From: the human T2T-CHM13v2.0 reference genome, Homo sapiens
Reading direction: 5' to 3' (one strand)
Assembly: GCF_009914755.1 (NCBI RefSeq)
Contig: NC_060933.1
DNA: 64,000 nucleotides
Numbering within the stretch: the stretch's first letter is position 1; the number at the start of each line of letters is the position of its first letter. Below the pieces are notes generated by a model that saw nothing but the letters and a program-made list of their open reading frames with translations, did not search any database and was not told where the DNA came from. The translations under genes were made by a program, and so were the position numbers. Below, one piece after another: positions 1 to 15,124 of this stretch.

Positions 1-3000
1 AGAAGTTATCATCTCCCTGAAAAGGTGAGGGTCAGGGCTAAGCAGAAGGGTTTAAGGCGAGGACCCCCCAGCACCCAAAGGACAACCCCGCTCTGCCCGC
101 CTCGCAGTGCCTCCGCGAAACTGACAACTCCTCCGGGCGGTGACCGGCTCCATTCATTCTCTGTGTGTGCCAGGGCCTAAGGGACAAACAAGATGCGAGG
201 GAGCGCCCCACAGGTGAAGCGAAAGATGGCTGTAAGGCCCCCTCAGCGCTAGAAAGCCTCCTTGTGCTCTCCCTGGGCATTGGATTTCTGAGCTTTGGGT
301 GGAGGAAGGCGGGAAGGGGCACGGGGTGGGAAGGGCTCCTTCTGGCCGTGATCCACCCCAGCTCACTCCTGTGGGTGGTGCTGGACTGGAGCCAGCGTGG
401 TCAGAGGCCTAGTTCCTGTTGGAGCTACTGGCTGGGCAGGTTGCGCCCCTGCCTAGGTGGGGATCCAGGGCACACGCTGGCAGCAGGAGGAAGGACAGGT
501 GGCTGCTGCCACCTTTGCCGCTGGGCCTCCCGGGCTCTCACTTTTTCTTCGAGGTGTCAGGGATCTTCCAAGTCCTTTTTTGAGCCCCTTCCTTACAGAC
601 TTTGAGGAAAAGAGGACTCAGAGAGGGGGTTCCCATTGGAGCTGGTGGTGGCAGCCTGCCGTGTGCACCAGGCACCTGCCACTCCTCTCCCCTTCAAGCC
701 ATTCCTGCTTTACAGGTGTGGAAATAGGTTCGGAAAGGATAGGTGACCCACCCAAGGCCCCTCAGCTGGAATGTGGTAGGACTGGTCTGGAGGGACTATG
801 GCCCTTCTGGCCCACTTGGCACCATGCTGATCTCAGGATTTTAGGGGCCTGCTCCATGGTACCTTGGCCAGAGAGACCATGAATGATGGAATGAGGATGC
901 CCCACCTCTGCCCCACTGTTTCCACTGTCTTCCCTGTTTTGGGGATCTCCTCATGCCTAGCCTCATGCTTCTGCCTGAGGCATTTTTCACTGTTAGTCTT
1001 TTTGAATAAAACTTTGTTGGGATTGATAGTAGTTCCTCCACTCACCAGCCTAACGCATGTTTAGCTCCTCGAAACCCCGAGGGCGCCCGCTGAGGCAAGG
1101 TGGAGGGGAAGCTTTCAGGTTATACCCAGCTTCAGATTAAATCCAGCCCAGGGGAGATAAAATCCTGGTTCTTTTGCTCGTCACTTCTGTGATCTCTGGC
1201 AAGCTGCTTAGCCTCTCAGAGCCTTGGTTTCCCTTCGTTTGCGAAATAGGAAACTCATAAAAGTGAGTCTCCATGCATTCTACATAAAAGTGAGTGGAAA
1301 GAACACAACTTAGGAATTAATAAAGCATCAATACCTGGGAGCACACTGTGTGCTTAAATCTTAGTTTTTTCACCTTTCCCTGTTGCCAAGAATGTACTCA
1401 AGAGGTTGCTTTTGAGAGTCATCCAGGGATTGGTTGTAGTTTTTCTTTCCTGGATCCAACTTCCTTTATTGTCGCAGGTTGTGAATATCTCTTTGAAACA
1501 CTGTGGACAATCTGTGGGGCTTATGGTAACCTGTCTCCATGGTGACGCAGCTGCCCTGTGTCCTCTCAGGATTTGCTTGTAGATCCTGCTGTTGCATTGA
1601 CCCTGGAAGTTAAGCCAAACCCAGCATGATAAGGAGTGTGAATGCCTCCTGCTTCTAATTCCTGCAGCAAGGCCTGTTGGGTTATTCTTACCCAGCCAGA
1701 GAGAAAGGTGAGCCTGAGCTGTGTGGGTCTCTGTTGGGCCAGGCTTTGAGATGTAACTTCAGAGTGGTCAGTAGGGTCAGGGTATTTTGTGGCATCTCAC
1801 TTTTATTACAGTTCATCCAGGAGCTAATCAGGGTCTTGAGATTTTGCCTGAGAAACCTGAATGGCAGATCATAAGTTCACAGTGTGGGTATGGGGTTCTC
1901 TGCGAGTCTAATAAACAGAGGGATAATGAGGGTCCTTGAATGTTGCAGGAGGGAGGGCCCTGAGGGAGGAGCATCTAGTCTAACCAGAGAGGAAAAGCCA
2001 CACCCCCAGGTCACATAGCACATCTCAGGCAGAGCCACAGTCCATATCTGTTACTCGTTCCTCCCTTTTTGGGTGGGGATGATTATTTCTATGTTTATTT
2101 TAATTATGAAAGCAATGCATATTCACTCTAGAAATGTTGGCATGCACAGAGAAACAGAAAAGGAAAAAAATGAAAATCCCCAATAAACCTACCACTCAGG
2201 GAGAACCATTGTTAACATTTTGCTGTGCCTCCTAGACTTTTAATGAAAGTCTTTACTCTGCAGTGCCTTTTATCAGAGGAAAGGAGTTGGGAATGACTAA
2301 GGGACCACTTGGTTTGACTCTTCCTGGTGTCAGCAGGGTGTGGCACTGTGTCTGCCTTCTTGAAGAAGGCCAGACCACTAAAAAGACATTTTAGAGTACT
2401 GGTCCTAATTCTGTGAGAGCCAGTATAGACCTGGGCCCCTCTATGAATCTAATAATTTACATGCCAGTGGATTCGAGTATAGTTTTGTTAGTTACAGCAC
2501 TGAATTGAAGAGGAGGCTAATGATGACTAGGAATCCTTCCTTGCATGGTAACATAGTAAGTATTAATATATATTAATATAAATAAGTATAGTAAGTAAGT
2601 CAGTAAGCATAGTAGTATAGTATGACTAGCATCTCAGCAAAGAAGGTGAATTTTTACTCTGAGATGATAGCGGGTCAAAGTGGGGAGACAGATAGTTGGG
2701 TGTGTGGCCCTGGGGAACTTTAAAAAATATATTGATGCCAGGAATCTTCCCCAAAACAATGAAATCAGAATATCTGTGGCTAGGACCTAGGCTGAATCTG
2801 ATATGCAACCACGGGTGAAAGCTACTGGCCTAGAGCCTGTGGATTTCTGAGTCAGAAGATTTAGGGTGAGTGTTTTGGAGGGTGTGGAGAATACCAGAAC
2901 TAGAGAAAGTAAGGATTAATAACAGGTCAAATGTAGTTCAAGCCAGTGATGACATCATAGTCAACTGAGTGGTGTGTCACAAGGAAATGGTTATTAGTAA

Positions 3001-3185
3001 TGTTGTACCAAAATTTGCAAAAAGTTTTAGTTTCCATAGAATACGGGGAACTTGAGATGATCACTGTAACATCATTCTCATTTGCATTCTGATATTTAGT
3101 AGAAGAGAGAGTGGAGTAACAGACAGTGCCCTCAGGGCTGGACATTTCTTCAGGTCTATCTATGACAGGAATCCCATATGTGTGA

Positions 3186-3734
<549 letters not shown>

Positions 3735-3990
3735 TAGACTGATGTTTATTTTGTTTCCCCAACAAAGTTGTGGATATTTTATGAATTCTTATTAGATCCA
3801 TCTTGAGAACATCAGAGTGGCATTCTTTCTTGAGTCAGTACTCCAGTACTTCAAATCCACAGAACATGTTCAATTTCGGTTAGTATTTTCCTGATACCTT
3901 TTTCTTTCACTCATTCTGTGTCCATATGTTTTTGGTGTGTCTTTGAATAGTATGTTGCTCGATTTTGTGTTGTCATTAAAAAAAAATCCA

Positions 3991-4282
3991 GGCCAGGAGT
4001 GGTGGCTCACGCCTATAATCTCAACACTTTGGAAGGCCGAGGTGGGTGGATCACTTGAGGTCAGGAGTTCGAGATTAGCCTGGCCAACATGGTGAAAACC
4101 TGTCTGTACTAAAAATAGAAAAATTAGCTGGGCGTGGTGGTGGGTGTCTGTAGTCCCAGCTACTTGGGAGGCTGAGGCAGGAGAATTACTTGAACCCAGG
4201 AGGCTGGAGGTTGCAGTGAGCCAAGATTGCACCACTGTACTCCAGCCTGGGCGACAGAACAAGACTCCATTTAAAAAGAAAA
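3991..4282 (+). mobile_element. Alu (S-type)
   Basis: Full dimer, TSD aaaatcca. Confidence 0.95.
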
Positions 4283-4289
4283 ATCCAAA

Positions 4290-5140
4290 CTGACAATCAT
4301 TAACTTTTAACAAGATAGTTATATCCACTTACATTTATTGTGCTTACTGATGCTTTTGGATTTGATAGTGCTGTCTTATTTTATGTTTTCATTTGTTATG
4401 CTTTTTTGGTGTTTTCCCCCTCTTTTTTCCTACTGCTTTTTGAGTCGATAGAGGCTTTTCCCCTCATTCCATTTTTTTCCTCTCTACTAATTTAGTAGTT
4501 ATATTATCTATTTCTAACCTTAGTGGTAAATTTTAAAGTACATATTTAACTCAACAAAGTCTAAAATTAAATATTAACTATGGACCATAGAATGCTTTAG
4601 TATTGATCATCTTCTCTCCTAATTTGTATGCCATTTTGCTCCAATATTTTAATTCTGTCTTGCTTTTAAACCAACAAATTAGAATAGCTAAAAATGCAGT
4701 ATTTATTTGTTCAGATTTATCCACAAGTTTACCATTTTCTCTGCTCACTATTCTTTCCTGAGTCAGAGACCTTTCTGGGATTCTTCTCCTTCTTCCTGAA
4801 ATACATCATGTATTAATTGCTGTAGAGAGGTCTATTGTTAGTCCTCAGTTTTCTTTATCTGAAAATGTTTTTATTTTGCTCTTGTTCATGAAAGTTTTGC
4901 TGGGTATATAATTCTACATTGGTAGTTTGACATTTGAAGGTATTATTCCCTTGTCATCTGGTTTGCACCATTGCTATGAGATGCCTACAGTGACCCAGAT
5001 CTCTCTGTCATTCTTGTTTCTTTGTCATTCATTTGAGGTCTTCTTTTATTTAAGCATATTAAGCATACTTATTTTATACTCTATGTCTGGTAATTATGTT
5101 ATCTAGATTAGTGTTTTCTTGTTGTTCCTTCATGAAGAAG
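4290..5140 (-). mobile_element. Old L1M fragment
   Basis: Degenerate T-rich L1-like sequence; ends approximate. Confidence 0.5.
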
Positions 5141-5183
5141 ACTTCTTTTACTTTCCTGTCGGCTAAGCCATCCATTTAAAAGA

Positions 5184-5600
<417 letters not shown>

Positions 5601-6108
5601 TAAAAATAATTATTTTCTACACTAGACAGGATTCTTTTGGTTAAAAGTAACTGAAAGCCCAATGCAAACTGCCTTAAATATAAAAGAAAATATATTGGGT
5701 TCTATTATAGAAAAGTCTGGGATGAGAACTGAGTTCAGGTTATTCTGGGCCCTGGATTCAGGGACTCAATTGATGTCATCACGAAATTATTGATTGGTCA
5801 GGCCTGAGGCATGTAACCTTCCCAGGGGTAGGGGTGTGTGTCTGTGTGTCTCTGTGTGTATATGCATGTGCTTGTGTATGTTCAGCCCTCCACAAACCAC
5901 ATAGACTGAGAATTGGAAAAGGTTGGCTCTTGAAAGGGAAATCAAGATGCAGTGTACAGTGAAGAAAGGAGAAAGGATTCTAGGCAGGTAAGACACAAAA
6001 ATGTACATCACGATCTCCTTGGCCTTTTCTACAGAGGATATGATTTGATTTTTTTTAAAAGACATTTATGTGATAACCTTAATATAAAGATAAAAGAAGA
6101 TCAGGAGG

Positions 6109-6418
<310 letters not shown>

Positions 6419-6530
6419 TCATTCATATCCATATAATAAGTAAATATTCTACCAGCAGAGATTATTGTAGTCCCTACCCAGTAGGGTTGTTAGGAAGGCT
6501 ACATGAAGTAATGTGTATAAAATGCTTATA

Positions 6531-6608
6531 TGGTGCCTCTCCTGTATTAAGCACTCAACAAATGGTACTGTTACTACCAGGTAAAGTACAAGGCGTGCTG
6601 AAAATACA
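6531..6608 (+). repeat. 78 bp direct repeat, copy 1 (MIR end plus flank)
   Basis: 73/78 identical to 7655-7732. Confidence 0.9.
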
Positions 6609-6863
6609 GAGACAAACACAGCTCAGTCTCTGCCCTTACAAAGCACATGCAATATACCAGAAACTTAGGGAAATGATTGTGTGCTGTGATGTAGCATTAA
6701 ATCCAGTTCTGAGCTTCCTTTTGTCCTCAAGGCAAAAGTGGAACCTTAAAGTGATCCATAGCTGTCTTTGTATGATCAAAAGATGCACAGCTTTTTATTA
6801 GTCAGGAAAAGGAGAAAGTGTTTTTTTCTGGAAGCAAACTTAAAGACATTTCAAAAAGATATA

Positions 6864-7188
6864 CAGACGATCTCCGATTTAAGATCGTTTGACTTAAGAT
6901 TTTTCAACTCTATCATAGTACCCATTGCAACCAACCTGGTTTTCACTTTTGGTACATATTTGGTAAATTATATGAGGTATCCAATACTTTATTATACAGT
7001 AGATTTGTGTTAGATGATTTTGCCCAACTATAGACTAATGGAAGTGTTCTGAGCACATTTAAGATAGACTAGGCTAGGCTGTGGTGTTCAGTAGGTTAGG
7101 TGTATTAAATGCATTTTCTACTTAGAATGTTTTCAACTTACGATGAGTTTATTGGGATGTAACCCCACCGTAAGTCAAGGGGCATTGG
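6864..7188 (-). mobile_element. MER47A-like Tigger (TcMar) DNA transposon
   Basis: TA-flanked, CAGACGATCTCCGATTTAAGAT / GTAAGTCAAGGGGCATTG termini; internal sequence matches remembered MER47A. Confidence 0.75.
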
Positions 7189-7654
7189 TATTGAACCTCA
7201 TAAAACAGAATGCCTTTAGGAGATGTTTTCAAAAAAGAAACAGAAACTATACCAGGACAAGAAAAAGAGAAAGGGCAGAGTATTAAATTATTGCTCAATG
7301 AAGGCATTTGCTGTGAGGAACTAAAGAAATATGATCTAATCTTTTAAAAATAATATTTCTTTGTGATTATAAAAATTATAGATGTTCATTTTAGGACAAT
7401 TTTAGAATGCACAAAAATATAAAAAGTAAGAATCAGCAATAATCTCACTTCTTAGAGATCACCATTGATAACATTTTGGCATATTTCTTTCTATTGTTTA
7501 TTGTTTATGCGTGAACGCGCTCACATACACGTTGTTGTTTCTAGAATTGGCTATCTGTAGATTTCTATCCTGCCTTTTTGATTTAACATTATAGTGTGAC
7601 CATTCTCCTTTATCATTAAATATTCTCTAAAAAATGTTATTTTGTTGTTTTACG

Positions 7655-7732
7655 TGGTGCCTCTCATGTAGTAAACACTCAACAAAGGGTACTGTTATTA
7701 CCAGGTAAAGTACAAGGCGTGCTGAAAATACA
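7655..7732 (+). repeat. 78 bp direct repeat, copy 2 (within old L1-like sequence)
   Basis: 73/78 identical to 6531-6608. Confidence 0.9.
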
Positions 7733-8333
7733 TGGCCATGATTTCCTCATGCAGCCATACTATACTATATTTTCTTCTTGTTCGACATTGAAATTGTTTG
7801 CAACTTTTTGCTATTATAAATAATGTTACAAAGAAAAATTTTTACAACAAGCCTCCTTCAGGGTATTCTGACTATTTACTTAGGCAAGAAATGTTTATGT
7901 ATGTTGATATGAGATCAAAGAAAAGAGGAACATTTTAAAGCTCTGAATATTAATTGAAAAATTGGCACCCAGCCTTCTTGTGATTTAGATGGCACAAATG
8001 AAGAGCCCACCTAGACATTCTAGAATGGTGGCCCTAGGCTATTGGTTTTAGTGGAAACACATTAAAAAAAGAAAAAAAAAAAAAAAGCAGGGCTGACAAG
8101 AGAAGAAATAAATTTTCATCCAAAATACTAAGGATGTGATTTCAGACTAAAGGATTGTTCTCTACATTGAATGCACCTCACTTTGAAAACCTCACTTCAC
8201 CGTCCTTATTGTCAATTATTTCTCTTGAACTTGTGCATGTTTGAAACAAAGTTTTAGCAGCATCTTAAGAAAAAATATTTATTTTAGGTTTCACAGAAAC
8301 ACTTTTGTTTTTCATGTAGTGTAAGCAATTAAC

Positions 8334-8946
8334 TTTTTTTTTTTTTTTTTGAGTCAGGATCTGGCTCTGTCACCCAGGCTGGAGTGCAATGGCGCCATCT
8401 CAGCTCACTGCCACCCCCGCCTCCCTGACTCAAACCATCCTTCCACCTCAGCCTCCTGAGTAGCTGGGACTACAGGTGTGTGCCACCATGTCCAGCTAAT
8501 TTTTTTTTTTTTTTTTTTTTTGAGACACAGTCTTGCTCTGTTGCCCAGGCTGGAGTGCAGTGGCCCCTGATCTCGGCTCACTGCAAGCTCTGCCTTCCGG
8601 GTTCATGCCATTCTCCTGCCTCAGCCTCCCAAGTAGCTGGGACTACAGGCACCAGCCACCACGCCTGGCTAATTTTTTGTATTTTTTTAGTAGAGACGGG
8701 GTTTCACCTTGTTAGCCAGGATGGTCTTGATCTCCTGACCTCGTGATTCACCCGCCTCGGCCTCCCGAAGTGCTGGGATTACAGGCGTGGGCCACTGTGC
8801 CCAGCCCAGCTAATTTTTGTATTTTTGGTAGAGACAGGTTTTTGCCATGTTGCCCAGGCTGATCTCCAACTCCTGGGCTCAAGCGATCCTCCCACCTTGG
8901 CCTCTCAAAATGCTGGGATTACAGGTGTGAGCTACCGCGCCTAGCC
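8334..8946 (-). mobile_element. Nested Alus: older AluJ-like with a younger Alu (8500-8806) in its central linker
   Basis: Duplicated cagctaattttt at ~8493 and ~8808. Confidence 0.9.
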
Positions 8947-8978
8947 TCGCGGTTAATTCTTTCTGAGGCTCCTGGTGA

Positions 8979-9442
<464 letters not shown>

Positions 9443-9584
9443 CAGAGTGAGGATGTTTTGGTAGATATGAGAAATAATGAGATTGAGGAGGGCATTTGTA
9501 AGGGCCACTAAAATTGAGCTACATAGCTATAGATCAGAATAGACTTGGTGTTTGGATGTGTCCACAACATTGGACCTTTTTTTC

Positions 9585-10440
9585 CTCTTTTTATATTAAA
9601 GTTTTAATTTGGAAAAATTTAAACCTGGAGAAAATTTATGACACACCAGCATAACAAACTTCTATAAATCCTCCACCTAGATCCACCCATTATTGTTTTG
9701 GCCCATTTAATCACTTTTTCTCTTTCTGTATGTCTACTATAATATTATATACATTTGAGAGTAAGTTATAGAAATAACAGTTCTTTACCTGTCTCTACTT
9801 CAGCATGTATTTTCAAAGAACAAAGACATTCTCTCATGATACCATGATATAATATCAAGTCCAGAATATTTATCCAATATCGGATGTCTATAGCTGTCCC
9901 AACTTATTATTTTTTTTTTTTTAGACGAAGTCTCGCTCTGTTGCCCAGTCTGGAGTGCAATGGTGCTATCTTGGCTGACTGCAACCTCCGCCCCCCGGGT
10001 TCAAGCCATTCTCCTGCCTCAGCCTCCTGAGTAGCTGGGATTACAGGCAGGCGCCGCCATGCCCGGCTAATTTTTTTGTATTTTTAGTAGAGATGGGGTT
10101 TCGCCACGTTGGTCAGGCTTGTCTCGAACTCCTGACCTCAGGTCATCTGCCGGCCTCGGCCTTCCAAAGTGCTGGGATTACAGGTGTGAGCCACCACACC
10201 TGGCCAGCTGTCCCAACTTTTATAGCAAGATTTTTCCTTCCTAATCTAGTATCTAAGCAAGAATCAGGTGTGACACTTTAATCAGGCCATTGCTGTGCCT
10301 CTTTAGCCTCACTCAGTCGGGAACAGTTCCTCAGTCTCTCATGGTCTGTTATGACGTTGACATTTTTGAAGAGTAAAGACCCGTTGGTTTATAAAATGTT
10401 TCAGTTTGGGTCTGTCAGACACTTTCTTTGTGATTTATTT
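9585..10440 (-). mobile_element. Old L1MC-type 3' fragment with inserted Alu
   Basis: Degenerate L1 3' end motifs (aagaacaaagacattctc; ttgacatttttgaagagt). Confidence 0.5.
9906..10205 (-). mobile_element. Alu
   Basis: Full dimer, TSD agctgtcccaactt. Confidence 0.95.
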
Positions 10441-10444
10441 TATG

Positions 10445-10870
10445 GTATGTATTACTGCAAAATTTAGTGGCTTAAAATAGCAATAAACACTTGTTATTTC
10501 ACATAGTTTCTATGGACTAGGAATTTAGGAGTAGCTTAACTGGGTGGTTCTGACTTGGAATCTCTCTTGAGATTATAGCCAAGATGTCACTTGGGACTTT
10601 GATCCCCTGAAGGCATAATTGGGTGGGGCTGGAGGTTCTGATTCCAAAATGGCTCATTCACGTGGCTGGAAAGATTGTACTGGCTGTTGGCAGGAAGTGT
10701 CAGTTGCTTGCCACATAGACTCCTCCATAGGGCTGCTTGAGTATCCTCACAACATGGCAGCCGGCTTTCTCCAGAATGGATGATACCTTCCATTGAGGAA
10801 ACAAGAGGAATCCTCAATGTTTTATGATGTAGTCTTGGAAGTCACATACTGTTTCTCCTGCATTTCATGT
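10445..10870 (-). mobile_element. MLT1-type MaLR LTR
   Basis: aaaatttagtggcttaaa...tcacatagtttctatgg...ggctgcttgagtatcctcacaacatggcag. Confidence 0.65.
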
Positions 10871-11767
10871 GTGGTGGTTTTAAAATATATCCACAAATTC
10901 TTTGATAGCCTCTGTCTAAGAGATGGAGCCGCATTCTCCTCCCCTTGAATGTGGACCAGGCTCCCTTCTCTGGAGCACAAAGCCTTCCACGGGGTCAGTG
11001 CTAAGTTAACTACTTGCATGAGTTGAAAGCCTATGGTGTCTGGGGATTCGGCTCCTGGCTGGCTAGGTGCTGGTGGGGATGCCCAGTGGCTTCACAACAC
11101 CAGAGCTTTCATGCTTCCAGCCTGGGCTGACCTTTTCTCAAGTGCCCAGAGCAGGGCCTCCTGATGCAGCCAGGATGAGTATATAAAGCTGACTGAGAAC
11201 AGCCAGCCCCTATCAGAGATTCTCAGATAAGCCTGTTCACAGCTGAAGGGAAATCATCCCAGTGACAGCAGAGCAAGGCCACTGCCAGGGAGCCTTGGAA
11301 CTTGCTGTAGAGGCTGTCCTGGCATTAGGAAGAGGGACCTAGAACTCATTCCAGGGAAGAGGACCCTGGACCCCGAGAAGGAGAAGAGTAATTGTCCTTG
11401 TCTTGGTAGGAGGGAAGGCCAGGTGGGGAGATGTGATACAGGGATCTTTAGATTCAGATGGCCCACCTGAGCCTCCTGTTGGGTAGAAGGAACAAGCCAG
11501 AACCTTGCAACAAGATCCCTGGACACAAAGATCTCAGCCCAGTACATACTAGCAGGTGCTCTGTGAACTGACCAAGTCACTCTACCTTTCTTAGCCTTTA
11601 ACGTGGGAGCAATAAATGCTAACATAGGAAGTGGTTTTGAAGGTAAAATGAAGTACTACATGTCATCAATTCAGAGGCACATTTTTTTCCCACATTTCAA
11701 CATTTCTAAAATTAGCATGTGTCTTAAAAATCAATGCATCTTACCATTATGCCAGGTAGCACTTGTC

Positions 11768-12495
11768 TTTTTTTCCCCCCAGGTTTTAAGTTTATAGGTA
11801 CATGTGCAGGATATACAGGTTTGTTACATAGGTAAACGTGTGCCATGGTTGTTTGTTGTACAGATCATCTCATCACCTAGGTATTAAGCCCAGCATGCAT
11901 TAGCTATTCTTCCTGATACTCTCCCTCCTCCCACCCCCGACGACAGGCCCCAGTGTGTGTTGTTCCACTCCATGTGTCCATGTGTTCTCATAATTCAGTT
12001 CTCACTTAAAAGTGAGAACATGTGGTATTTGGTTTTCTGTTCCTGCATTAGTTTGCTGAGGATGATGGCTTCTAGCTCCATCCATGTCCTTGCAAAGGAC
12101 ATAATCTCATTCCTTTTTATAGCTGCATAGCATTCCGTGGTCTACATATATACCACATTTTCTTTATCCAGTCTATCATTGATGGGCATTTAGGTTGAGT
12201 CCATGTCTTTGCTATTGTGAATAGTACAGCAATGAACATGCGCGTGCATGTATCTTTATAATAGAATGATTTTTATTCCATTGGGTGTGTACCCAGTAAT
12301 GGGATTGCTGGGTCAAATGGCATTTCTGCCTCTAGGTCTTTGAGGAATCGCCACACTCTTTTCCACAATGATTGAACTAATTTACACTCCCAACAACAGT
12401 GTAAAAGCTTTCCTCTTTCTCCACAACCTTGCCAGCATCTGTTGTTTTTTGACTTTTTAATAATAGCCATTTTGACGGGTGTGGGATTGTATCTC
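11768..12495 (-). mobile_element. L1PA/L1PB 3' fragment
   Basis: ORF2 end peptide MAIIKKSKNNRCW...PAIPLLG (12273-12470) plus typical 3'UTR. Confidence 0.9.
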
Positions 12496-12739
12496 TTCTT
12501 ATTGGTTCATTAAAGAATGTCGTGTCTTCCAACCCAGGGCTGCTTAACTTTGTTGAAATACTGTAGACTGGAGCACAAAGGTAATTTTCTAAGGTATGAC
12601 AAAAATACTATGCTTATTAAAAAAGAGTCCTTACCTGTTAGAGACACATATCGAACTATTTTTGGATGCTACAGTATGCTGGATTTTCTTTAGAAATAAT
12701 CTGGGGCAGAGGGAGTGGTGTTGACACAGATGAATCAAG

Positions 12740-12990
12740 AGTACAGTGGCACGATCTAGGCTCACTACAACCTCCATCTCCTGGGGTTCAAGTGATGCTC
12801 ATGCCTCAGCTCCCTGAGTAGCTGAGGTTATAGGCGTGTGCCATCATGCCCGGCTAATTTTTGTATTTTTAGTAGAGATGGAGTTTCACCATGTTGGTCA
12901 GGCTGGTCTCGAACTCCTGGCCTCAAGTGATCTGCTGGCCTCAGCCTCTGAAAATGCTGGGATTACAGGCATGAGCCATCATGCCCGGCC
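12740..12990 (-). mobile_element. Alu lacking its 3' end and tail
   Basis: Starts abruptly at gagtacagtggcacgatc. Confidence 0.9.
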
Positions 12991-13020
12991 CTGTTCTGCT
13001 TTTTTAATGTTGAAATTTCT

Positions 13021-13347
<327 letters not shown>

Positions 13348-14954
13348 CTAATAGTAAAATAAAAGAGGAAAAAACAAATACTTTTGTATGCTAAGGGCTC
13401 TTCCCTGACTTTTCATGGGGTTCATCATTCAGGTCTCATCCTAAATGTCACTTCCTCTAAGTGCCCCTCCCAGATTACCTGTCCTATAGTTGCTCTCCTT
13501 CCCCCTCCCCACTCCTCTGCTTTTCATTTTCATAGTTTCAAAGTTGTTCTCTTTCATCACTCTCCTTTCCATTTTCCATAGCACAATCACTTTCTGTAAT
13601 TCCTGATTTGTTTGTTTAGTTGATTACTGTCCCCCTGAATATGAGCTGCATGGGAGCAGGGGCCTGGCCTATCTGACATGCGGTAGGTGCTCGGGAAGTT
13701 TTTGGTGACTGACTGATAAAGGGCCCAGTAGCACATGCTGACATGTGGTAGACAGCAGATGTCAGTTTCCCTCCTCCTCCTGCCTAGTTTGGCATCTTTT
13801 CTCCTGTCCTCTTTGATCTGTCACTTAACTAATCTGGGAAGGCCTTGCCTTAGCAACCCAGGGAGCCTAGCTGGTCTCCAGCATTTCACCCCCTTCTTGA
13901 GTATCTAGCTGATCTCTTGGCCTAGCCTTGGCCAGCCCCCAGCATTCAAACTTTGTCCCTTCTGGTATCCCTGTGGTTTCACTCTCCCACCTTCCCATCA
14001 GCTACTTCCCACTGATAGTCTCCAGGCACTGCCCCTTAGTCAGTCCCGTGACACTGGGAATTTGTCATGTCACTCAGGATAGAATTCTGTGTCAACCAGG
14101 GAACCTTCAGTTCAAAGTGACGGCAAATTGCTAAACAAAGAGGGAGCTTATTGGTTCTAATCACTGCCAGTCAGGCCCACTGCTGGAGTTGGGTGGGCTC
14201 AGTCCCACCCCACCACATGACTACCACATCTTGGGGGGCAGGTGGCAGCGGGGATTTGGGGGAGGTAACCAATGTCCTCTGTAGAGTCCTTCCTGGAGTG
14301 TCTGTAGGTCCTAGCCACAATTCTAGTTTATGCATTTGGGACACCACCTTTGCTAAGCCTAGACAGTATTGGATGCTGGGAGAGGGTAGGGAGTGGTACA
14401 GTGGTACATGAGGACTCAGAATACTGTCAGTGGTGCATGCTGAGATGGAGGTGGGCCGGGTGTTGGAGGAGCATTGAGGAGACAGCAACTGCCCAAGATA
14501 CGTGGTCCCAGGCGTTTCACAAAGGAGAACAGGCCTGAGCTGGGAGCTTGCCAAGTACAGAAGGGAGGAAGGGGCATTCCAGGCAGAGGGAACAGTCTGA
14601 GCAAAGGCCTGGGAGTGAGACTGGGGCAGAGTAGACAGAAAGGAGGGCGATGGGGAAGGAAGACGTGCCAGTTCCCTTCCTTCTGATTCTGTCTCGTTTG
14701 TATGTTGCTCAAATCAAAAAGTTGCTTGACAGCTTAAAACAATATCCCACAGTAAAAGCTAGGTGGGTGCCATGGTTAGGACCTTTCTTGGAGTCTGCTG
14801 GGGCTCCTAGTGCCACAAGGGGAGCTCTGGAAGATCCTTCAGTGGATTATGTCCCCTTCCCCAGGGGACCATGACCTATGTCCCCTTTGTCACTCCATCC
14901 CCAGTGCCAGCCTGGGCTAGATCCTGAGTTCCTGAAGTTCCGCTGTATTTGCAG

Positions 14955-15124
14955 GTGCAAAGAGAAGAAATATGATTATGATAATTTGCCCAGGACATCT
15001 GTTATCATAGCATTTTATAATGAAGCCTGGTCAACTCTCCTTCGGACAGTTTACAGTGTCCTTGAGACATCCCCGGATATCCTGCTAGAAGAAGTGATCC
15101 TTGTAGATGACTACAGTGATAGAG
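14955..15124 (+). CDS. GALNT12: GALNT12 exon 2 (170 nt; CKEKKYDY...[18 protein letters not shown]...VDDYSDR)
   Basis: ttgcag|G acceptor, AG|gtgagt donor; GalNAc-T signature [16 protein letters not shown]. Confidence 0.97.

Noticed and set aside
165-882. Overlapping 141-146 aa ORFs at the window start
   Set aside because: GC-rich start of intron 1, where long chance ORFs are expected; no recognisable product
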